A stretch of 64,000 bases of DNA, from assembly GCA_964106915.2 (NCBI GenBank), contig OZ066919.1; one strand, written 5' to 3'. The stretch's first letter is position 1. The number at the start of each line of letters is the position of its first letter. The position numbers and the translations under genes were made by a program. The notes under the pieces are model-generated. The model saw only the letters and a list, made by a program, of their open reading frames with translations, was not told the DNA's origin and ran no database searches. Source of the DNA: Podarcis gaigeae. Taxonomy: Eukaryota. Below are positions 12,413-23,829 of the stretch, piece by piece.

Positions 12413-13972
12413 CACGGGTCGGCAACCCGCGGCTCCGGAGCCGCATGCGGCTCTTTTACACCTTTGCCGCGGCTCCGCAGGTCCTCGGGGACCCTGAGCA
12501 GAAAAGCAGAAGCGCCAGAAAGAGGAGGGGGATGGAGCTGGGCAGCCGAGCCGGGCAAAGCAAGGCGGCGGCGGCAGCAGAGCTCGAGAAGTGGCGGCTG
12601 CTGGGATGAAGGAGGAGGCAGCGGCGGCCGCAGAAGGGCTGCTGCTGCTGCTGCTTCTGCCGCTGGAGGGAAGTTCTGCCAGGCGGCTTCATGGCTCATA
12701 GCTTCCCCCGGGGTAGGACAGGCGGCGAGGGGGATGCCTCGTCTGGAGGACGATGAGGAAGCGGCCGAGCAGCTCACGGCGGCGCCTCTTCCCTCATGGT
12801 GCAGGGAGCGAGGAGGAAGAGGAGGAGGGCGGTGGCAGGAAGGTGTGCTAGGGCGCAGCGACGGTTCTCTCCTCAGGTGGACGCAGCTGCCACTGCCACC
12901 GCCGGCACCTGCCACATGCAGGCGCGTTTGCTTTCGCCGTTGCGGCAGCCCGCCCGCCCTTAGGCACCGCACGACATCGAGAGCCGCCCACCCAGGCCAC
13001 GCTCTCCTCAGCCCAGTGTGCGAGGCACCTGAGGTGAGGGAGAGAGAGAGCGCGCTTGAGGGAAATGGCGGGGCGGGGTTTTTGTGTGTGTTTGTGTGTG
13101 GGGGGTGTGTGTGCTTCTGGATCCTTTTCCGTGCCTTGCTTCTGAGTTGCCGCCGAGTTGAGGGAGAGCACCTGAGGTGAACCACAAAATGGGCCTGCCC
13201 TCCCTGTCAGGGAGGAAGGGGTGAATTACTCAGTGACGAGGAGGGGGTCCAGAGGTAGCCAGCAGGAGAGGAGGGGGAGCACGAGAGCAATTGCAGAGGG
13301 GGGGGGGCTGTTAGGCACCAAAATCCTGCATGCGGGATTTCCCCCATTCTCTCGTGCCTATGCAATTCCTGCCCTTCTCCCTTCCCCCTCGAGATTTGCT
13401 GCAGAGACAATCAAATGAAGAAGAAAGGGAAGAGTATTAGCTGACATGTCCCCGGATCCCATGGAAAGCACCACAGATTTCTTTGCTTACGAGCTCTTTT
13501 TATTTTAAGTTGGCTTCAAACCTGTAATTGTGTAGGTGTGTGTGTGTATACATATACACACATAAATATTCATATCTCTTCCCTCTCACCTTCCTTTCAC
13601 CCAGTTTCTCTGGCACTGGTTTATAAATGCTGCTATGTAGAAATGATGAGAAAGTTGCACCAGCAGAAGGAATGGATATGTGCTGTTAGTAAAAAGAGAG
13701 GGAGTTGAACTGCAGGGAGGGACAGACACTTTTCTATGTATTAATTTGTATAATGCCCTCTATGCACATGGTGCTTTGCGAAAAAAGGAATATGAGAGGA
13801 ACCATACCCCTCTTTGCTATCTGAAATAGACTCAGGGAAAAGAGAGAGAATGGGGGAAGGGGAAGAATGTGTGGTTATTTACATTTGGCTTGTTTTGCGG
13901 CTCCCAGTCCCGTCCCCCCCCCCGGAAACGGGTCCAAGTGGCTCTTTTTGTCTTAAAGGTTGCAGACCCCTG
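12413..13972. mobile_element. Non-autonomous hAT (Charlie-type termini) element carrying about 1.4 kb of host-like cargo (Pack-hAT)
   Basis: TIRs CACGGGTCGGCAACC / GGTTGCAGACCCCTG (13/15 match); perfect 8-bp TSD ATCTAGGA at 12405-12412 and 13973-13980; subterminal GCGGCTC motifs at both ends; no transposase. Confidence 0.92.
12456..12692 (-). pseudogene. ADAM23: Captured ADAM23-like first-exon fragment (signal-peptide coding), ending in the transposon terminus
   Basis: 78-aa ORF MKPPG...PARLPSSIPLLFLALLLFCSGSPRTCGAAA, preceded by gaagctatgagccATG. It resembles the mammalian ADAM23 N-terminus as I recall it (MKPPG...PARTPPCRLLLVLLLL...PRAWGAAA). Not database-verified. Confidence 0.72.
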
Positions 13973-14019
13973 ATCTAGGAAATCTGTATGTAATGTGAAT
14001 TTTTTTTTTTTACTATTTA

Positions 14020-14090
14020 CTATTTATTATTTTATTTATTGAATTTATATCCTGACCTATACCCAGAGGTTTCAGGGCGGTTCACAGAGT
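14020..14090 (-). mobile_element. L2 3' tail fragment
   Basis: Reverse complement of ctgtgaaccgccctga...tataaattcaataaataa; same tail type as 32255-32310. Confidence 0.6.
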
Positions 14091-14142
14091 TGGTGGCAAC
14101 TTTCTGGCTTTTAAGCATTGCTGTTGCTTCACTCTCTGTATT

Positions 14143-14152
14143 TGTGTGTGTG

Positions 14153-14198
<46 letters not shown>
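14143..14198. repeat. (TG)n microsatellite
   Basis: Interrupted TG run. Confidence 0.95.
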
Positions 14199-14202
<4 letters not shown>

Positions 14203-14918
14203 GCTGTGCAAGAGGAGGCTGGTGGAAAAAGAAGTTAAAATGTCACCAGTTTTTTTATGAATGGAGTGAGGCAGAAGGCAGCTGTATTGCAGTGAGAGGC
14301 TCTTGTAAGAAAAAGTGGCTTGAATCAGGAGCTCAGCCCTGCACCACATTGTCACGGAATAATGTGTTAGACAGCCTTTTACTGTCTCTGCCGCCTACAT
14401 GCCCAAGTCAATGGGGCCTTTGTTCCTGGCGCACTGGAAGAATGTGTGAGCTAATGGGGGTAGTGGGAGTTTAAGCTTAGTTACAGAGGCCTTGCTAAAT
14501 TTCCCAGAGGGACCTAGTATTTCCTGAAGTCTTGCCTGCTGAAGGGTCGAGCTTTGTAGATAGTACAAATCCTGCTCTGAATGATAAGACTCCCTTGTCT
14601 AGATGCATGTGGCTTCCTCCCTCTCTTTCCCACCCCCTCCACTCCCCCAATAAAACTCTGCCTGTTCATTGTGCAGCCGCTAGCCCTGCCCTCCGTGTTC
14701 TGTAATGGGGTGGTTACACACACAGCTTCATGCAGAAAATGGGTGAAACTACATCAGGGGCACCATTGAATCAATATATTAATTAATTTATACCCCTTTA
14801 TACCCCAGTTTTCATCTGAATGGGTTCTTAAACAATTAACTTATGGGAGACAGAAAAATATATTAATAATAAGCAGCCCTTACTTAAGGTTTCTTTCAGT
14901 CTGAATTTCAAAGAGTGG

Positions 14919-15910
14919 AATAGAATCACAGAATCATAGAGTTGGAAGAAACCACAAGGGCCAAAGAGTCCAACCCCCTGCCAAGCAGGGAACACCATCA
15001 GAGCACTCCTGACATATGGTTGTCAAACCTCTGCTTAAAGACCTCCAAAGAAGGAGACTCCACCACACTCCTTGGCAGCAAATTCCACTGTCAAACAGCT
15101 CTTACTGTCAGGAAGTTCTTTCTAATGTTTAGGTGGAATCTTCTTTCTTGTAGTTTGGATCCATTGCTCCGTGTCCGCTTCTCTGGAGCAGCAGAAAACA
15201 ACCTTTCTCCCTCCTCTATGTGACATCCTTTTATATTTTTGAACATGGCTATCATATCACCCCTTAACCTCCTCTTCTCCAGGCTAAACATGCCCAGCTC
15301 CCTTAGCCGTTCCTCATGAGGCATCGTTTCCAGGCCTTTGACCATTTTGGTTGCCCTCCTCTGGACACGTTCCAGTTTGTCAGTTTCCTTCTTGAACTGT
15401 GGTGCCCAGAACTGGACACAGTACTCCAGGTGAGGTCTGACCAGAGCAGAATACAGTGGCACTATTACTTCCCTTGATCTAGATGCTATACTCCTATTGA
15501 TGCAGCCCAGAATTGCATTGGCTTTTTTAGCTGCCGCGTCACACTGTTGGCTCATGTCAAGTTTGTGGTCAACCAAGACTCCTAGATCCTTTTCACATGT
15601 ACTGCTCTCAAGCCAGGTGTCACCCATCTTGTATTTGTGCCTCTCATTTTTTTTGCCCAAGGGCAATACTTTACATTTCTCCCAGTTAAAATTCATCTTG
15701 CTTGTTTTGGCCCAGTTCTCTAATCTGTCAAGGTTGTTTTGAAGTGTGATCCTGTCCTCTGGGGTGTTAGCCACCCCTCCCAGTTTGGTGTCATCTGCAA
15801 ATTTGATCAGGATGCCCTTGAGTCCATCATCCAAGTCGTTGATAAAGATGTTGAATAAGACAGAACCCTGTGGCACCCCACTAGTCACTCTTCTCCAGGA
15901 TGAAGAGGAA
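14919..15910 (-). mobile_element. CR1 LINE, 5'-truncated (RT C-terminus + 3' UTR)
   Basis: ORF 15091-15888 with [28 protein letters not shown] and [17 protein letters not shown]; octamer tail (attctatg-type) at 14919-14940. Confidence 0.95.
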
Positions 15911-17482
15911 CTGCCTTCCCTCCTGTTTACTTCTTAGCCAGGTTCTGCACCAAGAAGCGAGGGCAGAGGGGAGGAGTAATGGATGGAGGAGAAGTTCTGC
16001 TTCTTCTGTTGCTTCTCTGCTTTAAGACTCTTCTCATTAATTGGCATGGCCAGCATTATAACATGAGAGATGTTGTGCTACCATCCCATCTACTTGGAAC
16101 TTTTACATTTAGCCTGAGGCCTAGTTTTAACAACAACAATATGTGTAGAAAAAATACAAAAACTTGCTTAACTCATGTTTTAATTGGCTTGGCAGCACTT
16201 TAACATGTCAGCACAGCATACTGATCTCAGATGTGCTGACCTTACACTAGTAGGTACCAAGATCCCAGCATAAATGTGATGCCAAGGAAGTAGAAGTTTG
16301 CACCACTAAAGTACCTTTCTTTTTTAAAAATTAAAACTTCTGTGATCATGGCCAATCTGGACCTCTTGAGTCCTGAATGGAAAAAGAGAGTGTCCCATGT
16401 ATGTTTAAATACAGCTGCTTTTTGACTCAACTTCTAACTTTGACGTGCTGGTAACTATTTAAGGCAAATGAGTTCTTAGGTGGCTTGTTGGGGGCCTTGG
16501 GGCATTTTTATTTCACCTGGCCATGGGGATTTAGCATCTTTTTTTTTTTTGTAACTCTCTGACTGTTTTACTGTAAATTTCTACTTTTTGATTTCTGTTC
16601 CTTTTAAGGGTGCATTGTTTTCTGCACATTGCATGGGAGAGTATTCTGTAAATGTTAAAAGTGCATATCCATGGAGGGTGTATGAGAGGGAACTCCCTTG
16701 AAGGAATATTTTCCTTGCTGCTTATGTCTTAGACTTAACAGAGGGTGTTTACTTTGAGGCATTAATTTTTGTGCCTCAGGGAGACACTGCATGTTCTAGG
16801 AGTCAGATGTGTTTGCAGCATTCCCCCACTAATACTGTGCCTGAAGGAAGTGGCTGCAGGAATTTTGCCCAGAGTGGAACCTGTATAGCAGTCTTTGTGG
16901 TGGAAGGGAGAGAAGCGTCTTGTCTTTGCTGGAGACTCTTGCCCTGCTTCTGGTTGCAGTGAACACACTCCTGCGAGAAAAGAGGAAGTTTCTGTGTGGC
17001 TCTTGAGTTGATCAGGTAGCGTTCTCTGTCCCCACTGCCACCTTTGCCCATAGGTCCCTGGATGAGCATTGTTGACTCCAAAAGAATTGCTTGTTTTCTT
17101 AAGTTAAATGTACTGGCTATTGAGAAGGGCTCTCAAAAGGCCCAGCTCCCGAGCAGGGATCAAGAGTGGGAGGATTTCAGCCTATGCTTATCTCATGAAG
17201 GCAATCTTCTCACAATCTGGCACTTTTATGAGGAGCATCAGCTGGCAGGGATATTTTATGATATAAATTATCCATCCGTTCTGATGAGCACAAAGACAAT
17301 GAGGCTTTTGTGCTCTGAGAATAAGAGAGGGGCCTTCATGGACATGGCCATACTTTTCCTTCTCTCTCTATTTATAGAGTCAAGGCTGTAGCACTTCCTT
17401 AGCATTGTTGGTATTCATGCAAAGAGATCAAGGAGGCGAGAACCTCCTCCGGCCCCCCAAAGTCATTTCAGTCCAGCTTCCT

Positions 17483-17485
<3 letters not shown>

Positions 17486-17533
<48 letters not shown>
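17486..17533. repeat. (CTG)16 trinucleotide repeat
   Basis: 16 uninterrupted CTG units. Confidence 0.95.
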
Positions 17534-19159
17534 ACAGGAACTTCTCAGCAAAGCAGATGAAATCTTCAGGATAAAGTCATGAGGTAGTGCTGGTTTGCAG
17601 CTTTTGAGTCGGACCACCCATTCCTCAGTGCCCTATTTTTGTGTCTTACTCCTTTGCTGCAGTGTGACAGCAGAACATTTATTGCCTCAGCCAACACCTA
17701 GTTTAACTAGAGGAACGCTTTTGGGGGGGGGGGGGTGGCATAGGCCCAAACACCCTGCCCCCAAGTCAAAATTATAGCCACAGCACCTTCCCTGGTCTCC
17801 TAGTTTGAGATTTGATGGCCTGGTTCCTCTCCTTAGTGGGCTGCTGGTGGCTGGTCTTCCATTTATCAATGCCTTGGAGGATGCGGTGACTGGGGAGGGG
17901 AGTGCCCCTGTGCACAACTTTGCTTATAACGGTATACAGGTAATATGGCTTGAACTGTGTTAAAACAATCATTAATCTAGCAAAGTATCCATTCGTCTCT
18001 TGATTTTGGGCTGTGACTTTAGCATCCTTGGTACTTAAGGTCTTTCTTTTAAAATGGCAAGGCTAGAAGCTCCATACATACAGAACATGTGAACTCTCCC
18101 TGTGGCACTAGGGATGCTTTCAACCTTGGGAGCACGTCAGGTGAAAGGTGAAGCATGAGCAACTTGCACATCTCCCCTCACTCTCCCAGACACCCTTTTA
18201 ATTGAGCATTCCTTATTATTTGTGCTCATGATTGTTATCAGGGCAGTTATATACAGTACTGTACAGTACACTTTCAGTGGCATTGTACGTCCAGTAGGTT
18301 TGCGGGAAATCATTCTTTTTCATTTGCAGTAGGTGCATGCCCTGTGGTTTCCTGCTAAAGCCTATAATTTTTCCTGACACAGATGTTCTGGGGATTTTGT
18401 CCTGCTTTTGTTGCAGTATAGTGCAAGAGTGCTCCTCCAGACAGCAAACATGTGATAGCACTGGAGAAGCATAATAGAACAACTAATGATGTGTGGACAG
18501 TCCAGTAGAGAGTCAGTGGCGTGGCAAAGAACGTAGCTGGAACAGGTATGGGAGCTTTTCGAAAGGGTTATCTTTCTTCATCAAGATTATTGAAGTTGCT
18601 CTCTCCTTTCTGCAAGAGGAAAATATATTGCTGCTGTACTTTCTAGCACACTTCCTCGCTGAAGAAAACATTTTAAATGCATTTTCTGTCCACTCTGTTT
18701 AAACCTGCATGCATCTTTTGTGCAGAGTAACTCAGCACAAGGTAAATATAAAACTTAAAATCCACTTTTGTAGCACAAAGCCCATCCCTTTTGGTAGTAT
18801 AAAGCAAAAATAATGAAGCTAGTTTTGTAGCATGAAGCCCATCCTTTAAGCCAACCCTAATATTTTTGGCATCTGAAGAAAGGCAAAAGGTATTGACCTT
18901 CTGCTCTTCTTTGGAATAAATAAATCATTTCTTTAAAGGCTTTCTGACACTGGCATGCTGAATTGACTGGGCTTGGGTTTTGTTTTTCTATTTAAAATAT
19001 GCTGGTTTGGTTCTGGGCAACTAGAAGCCTGGCTGCAAAGAAAAATAGTGTCAGAAGAGTTAAGCATGCACACCAATAGACACTTGTTTGCTGGTGTAAA
19101 TGTGCAATTTAACCCATAGGGCCTAAGTACATGTTACATATAAACACTACCTTACATAT

Positions 19160-19329
19160 AAGCACCACCTTAGCTAATGGGGCCTCCTGCTGCTGCCGCA
19201 CCGCTGGAGCACGATTTTTGCTCTCATCCTGAAGCAAAGTTCTTAACCTGAAGCACCATTTCTGAGTTAGCGGAGTCTGTAACCTGAAGCGTATGTAACC
19301 TGAAGCATATGTAACCCGAGGTACCACTG
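19160..19329. mobile_element. Partial copy of the Tigger-like MITE family seen at 12137 (one TIR only)
   Basis: Shares aagcaccac.ttagctaatgg...gtaacccgaggtaccactg followed by TA. Confidence 0.85.
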
Positions 19330-21125
19330 TAGTGAGGTTTTTCCCCGTTATTAAAATCAAAAGCATGCTTATCTCATCACTCTTTAGTTTCTCCATCCAT
19401 CTTCCCCCCAAAAATGGTTTAGAATTAACTTCTAAAATAAAAGCAAGTGATAAAAAAATAAAATCCCTCAACACCAGAAAGTTTGGTGGTAATCTGTGTT
19501 GTAAACCTTTTCATCTCAGAAACAGTTATTTCTAAACCAGGCAAACATTCCCAATTTTCTGGCCTTTCCTCCGAGCCAGATTTTTGGGAGAAAAAAGTTT
19601 CCTTATTTATTCTTTCCAGTAATTGCTGAACAGCAAACTACAAAGCATTCTAGCAACTTTAATTTCTTATGCTTTCCCCCCTCCCCCCCCATGTCCTGGT
19701 GCATATAGTGGTGCATATAGGAGAGGAAAAACAATTGTTTTGAATGACTTTCTCAGCAGCCTCTAAGGAGTAGAGCAAGTTCTGGACCTTTTGGGATTAC
19801 CCAACTTTCGTGGTTCAAGCGTGAAACAATAATCCCTCAGTGTGATTTCTATGTTAGTCTGGAGATTTTTCTGTTCTTACATGTTATTCATTGGAATCCT
19901 CTGTGCTGTAATGGGACCATGTTTTGAATTCCATGTTAGGAATAATAATCTCGCAAGGTGAAGTTTTTGAGGGGTGCCTTGGTTATCTATTAAAATTATA
20001 CACAGGCAACTCCCCATTTGCACAGGGGTTGTCTTCCAAGGCACGTCAGTGGGATGCGTGTAAGCTCGTTCTGCCCCTGCTCCCAAAAACGGCATGCGTG
20101 TCAGCGGTCATGCATTTGCCAAACATGCACAAATGGGAAGTATTGCCTGCATTGTAATGCTATACAAGATGATTACAAATTCAGGAAGGGCAGCCCCTGC
20201 TTTGAGGGGCTTATAACATCAAAATTGAGACAGCAGAGAAAAAAGAGGGAAATGGGAGCAGGAGGAAACCAGAAATAATATTTTATTATTTTCGGTTACA
20301 TATACTTCAGCTTAGTTACAGCAGCAGGTTATATGGACTAGTTGACTGTTCTACACGCTTCATGGAAAAGGTGGGTTTTGAGAAAGAAGCAAGAGAGATG
20401 GATTCAGAGGGGCACTTCTGGAAGGCCACCCAACATTTGGGGCCAGGGTGGTTGCTGAAAAAGGAAGACTGAAAAGCCACATGCACACCCCGGCCTTTTG
20501 AAACCCAAGTTTTAGTATTTTCTTGGCCCATTGTGGGTTTTGTTCTGTTGCATTAGCACAGTGGTCTGTTTTTGAACTGTTTTATAATATGACACCTGCA
20601 AGCAAAACATCTGGTTGCCTTTGCTTAAGGCTTGTTGCCTCTGTAGATCATGCATGCTAGACTTTCCCATGGACAGCATTGATAGAAGGAGCCCACATTT
20701 AGGACCTCTCCAGAAACTTGCTTTTGCAAATCCAAGTTATTGGTGTTTTAGTTTGGAAACAAAGAAACAAAGCCTAGGAAATATGAGGTTGTGTGCCAGG
20801 AGGTTTTTAAAAATATATATTGACTTTGGCACTTGCTATTCAAATCTGTGCCCCTTGTGGTCCTGCTGTTCTTAGTGCAAGCTTTGCTGCTTCGTGAGAC
20901 AGTACAAAGACTGCAGTTTCCAGTCTAAGCTTAAGCACTCCAGAGGAGAAATGAACTGTTTATCTCTTCCACCGTGGGTCAATTTATACATTGTTATCAA
21001 ATTCCCAAATACGGGCTCATATTTACGTGCATTTGCATGGAAGAAGTATCATGTGAGCTGAAATTCTTTGCATACCTGCTTATATGTAATTATCACTGCA
21101 GGGACAGCATCTTCTACTGCTATCT

Positions 21126-21469
21126 TAAAGGTAAAGGGACCCCTGACCATTAGGTCCTGTTGTGACCGACTCTGGGGTTGTGGCGCTCATCTCGCTTTAT
21201 TGGACGAGGGAGCCGGCGTATAGCTTCCGGGTCATGTGGCCAGAATGACTAAGCCGCTTCTGGCAAACCAGAGCAGCACACGGAAACGCCGTTTACCTTC
21301 CCACCAGAGTGGTACTTATTTATCTACTTGCACTTTGTGCTTTTGAACTGCTAGGTTGGCAGGAGCAGGGACCGAGCAACGGGAGCTCACCCCGTCGCGG
21401 GGATTCAAACCACCAACCTTCTGATCGGCAAGCCCTAGGCTCTGTGGTTTAACCCACAGTGCCACCCGC
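21126..21469 (-). mobile_element. Sauria SINE
   Basis: Collinear with 6374-6725; begins aaaggtaaagggacccctg (reverse complement of the ACCTTT tail). Confidence 0.92.
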
Positions 21470-21684
21470 TGCAGAGATGTACTGATGAGTACACACATAA
21501 ATTATAGCACTGAGGGAGCAAGACCATTAAATGGGTCCAACTGTCAAGGCAGTTTCTGCTTGTGCTGTAGAAGGAAGTCGGGAGTAAATGGGGTTCCTCA
21601 ACCTGGGAAGGAAAACTCTGTTCTGGAACCTCCACTGCCTTGCAGGATATATTTGGAAGAAGAAAAGACTAAGGAGTAAAAAAA

Positions 21685-21860
21685 TCCAGAGTAGAGTCCC
21701 TAAGACAGTTGGATGGCACCTTGTAGGCCTCCTCCTGGGAATGCCTGTAGCCACATATGTTGCTGTGCTTTCCTTTGGACCACATCAGCAAGACCGAGAG
21801 AGAGGTCTTGTCGTCTGGGCAGCCCAGGACCTCCATACAGGCTTCACCCTGAGGAGGTCA
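21685..21860. mobile_element. Fragment of an RTE-like repeat, inverted relative to 23830-24560
   Basis: agtccctaagacagttggatgg...ttgtaggcctcctcctgg...gggcagcccaggacctcca is the reverse complement of segments at 23870-23890 and 24135-24185. Confidence 0.55.
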
Positions 21861-22314
21861 CTTCAGTGCTGCTAACACAGCGATTTGACTTCACCCCTGG
21901 AGGCACATGCCATTGTCTCTCAAGACAGACAGGTGCCAACAACAGGGACAATCTGAGGGACACAATGAAACTGTGAATATGCTAGTGCATCTTATTGCAG
22001 TTATTGCGTTGTTACACACCAGTCTCCTCGCATGACTAAGAAGTGCACAGGTAAAGTGACTGCACACACCCTGCAAACCCACATGTGTGTAACATTGACA
22101 ACCTCTCACAAGCCACATTGGGCATGCGAAATAGGGTCTTATATGTGAAAGCACTTGTGCCACAGTAAATTTGTTAGACTTTAAGGTGCCACAGCAAACA
22201 TGACAGTTTTTCATGGGGAAAGGAATCTCGGTGACTTGTTATGGCGACAGGTGTGATCAGTGGGATAACTGAAGTTGTTCAAAGTTTAAGAAATCTATTC
22301 TCCTTGAGATGTTA

Positions 22315-22676
22315 AAGGTAAAGGTAAAGGTACCCCTGCCCGTACGGGCTAGTCTTGACAGACTCTGGGGTTGTGCGCCCATCTCACTCAAGAGGCCAGG
22401 GGCCAGCGCTGTCCGGAGACACTTCCGGGTCACGTGGCCAGCGTGACATCGCTGCTCTGGCGAGCCAGAGCCTCACACGGAAACGCCGTTTACCTTCCCG
22501 CTGGTAAGCGGTCCCTATTTATCTACTTGCACCCGGAGGTGCTTTCGAACTGCTAGGTTGGCAGGCGCTGGGACCGAGCAGCGGGAGCGCACCCCGCCGC
22601 AGGGATTCGAACCGCCGACCTTTCGATCGGCAAGTCCTAGGCGCTGAGGCTTTAACCCACAGCGCCACCTGCGTCC
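22315..22676 (-). mobile_element. Sauria SINE, distinct subfamily, full length and CpG-rich
   Basis: (AAAGGT)n tail; different 3' block (cccgtacgggctagtcttgacag); 13-bp TSD CCTTGAGATGTTA. Confidence 0.92.
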
Positions 22677-22749
22677 CCTTGAGATGTTAGCCAGTCATAA
22701 ATGGCTGTGTGTTCTTTTGTGCTTGAATAGTGCATGTTTGTGTGTTTGT

Positions 22750-22781
<32 letters not shown>

Positions 22782-23829
22782 GCTTGCACACATCCTCATC
22801 TCTGTTGCAGTGTTGGGCAAAGGGCATTCTGTTGTATCTGCTTTTGTTGCTTGGTTGCAGAATGCATTTATTATGGTGCGATCGTGTGTGCATCCAATCC
22901 TGCCCACTGAGGTGAAACAATAACAGCTGGTGTGCAGCTGTACACCTCACTCTGGGAACTTTTCTCACAGCCAAGAAGCCTTGAGAGGAAGGTGGGGGTG
23001 GGAGCTTTATTTATTTATTTATAGGCTCTTCCCACAGTTGTAACTCTTGTTAACTGCTTCAGGCACCCCAGGGGCAGCTCTCTAGTTCTTCTTCTTCCGC
23101 AGGTTTATTCTTTCTGATGCCACCAGGACATAACAGCAAGGGGAGCCCACAGTGCATTTGTCTGCCTCGTGGACTGGGAGTCGCACAGGAGTCATTTGTC
23201 TTGAGCTTTTCAGGAGGCCATTAACAAAAAATAAAAATAATTCCTAGTTATTCACCCAGACTGAGGAATAGCAGCCAGTGTGCTCCACTGTAAAATCTGA
23301 AAACAATAAGCACCATCCCCTGTTGCTACAACTGTGGTGGAAGGCTGTCTTGCAAGCTCTTGCTAAAAAAAATTCCTTGAAGCGTCTCTTAACAGAAGTG
23401 CCAGTGTTCTTGAACAGTGAAGCTTAAGAATGCTCATTTTATTTCCAATTCAAAAAGGAGGGTGGGTTTTTTTTTAACCCCCACATGTAACTCTTGAAGC
23501 TCTTATAATGGTTTCTCCATGTCCATTATAAATGCATAAATGAAAGCTGGTTTCCTTCTGTCACTTTCTCAGCACCACCCCTTCAAAAATGTGTCATCTG
23601 TAATGCGCAGCTGATACGGTAGAGAACATGCCTCATAATTTTAAGTATTTTGCTCCATTGCCTTTTTGCTGGGGAGAACCTTTTCTCCACTTAAGGAACT
23701 TTGCCCCAAAGGAAAAGTTTGGGAGGGGAGGCTGCAGCCAGCGAGGGTAGAGAGTATATTGTCGCAGGATTACATGTGTGTTTCCCCTATTTCTTTCTTT
23801 ATCACATTCATGCTGCATTAGCAGCACCA

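Noticed and set aside
12480-13080. CpG island as LAMC1 exon 1 or its promoter
   Set aside because: It encodes no laminin N-terminal sequence and is enclosed by TIRs and a TSD.
12365-13185. Long overlapping ORFs of 271 aa (+) and 267 aa (-)
   Set aside because: They are low-complexity products of a GC-rich, stop-poor island and cross the transposon boundary. Only the 78-aa minus-strand frame resembles a real protein.
22140-22200. Second Penelope-type end (ttgttagactttaaggtgccacag) as another hammerhead
   Set aside because: The CUGANGA core and stem II are not preserved.
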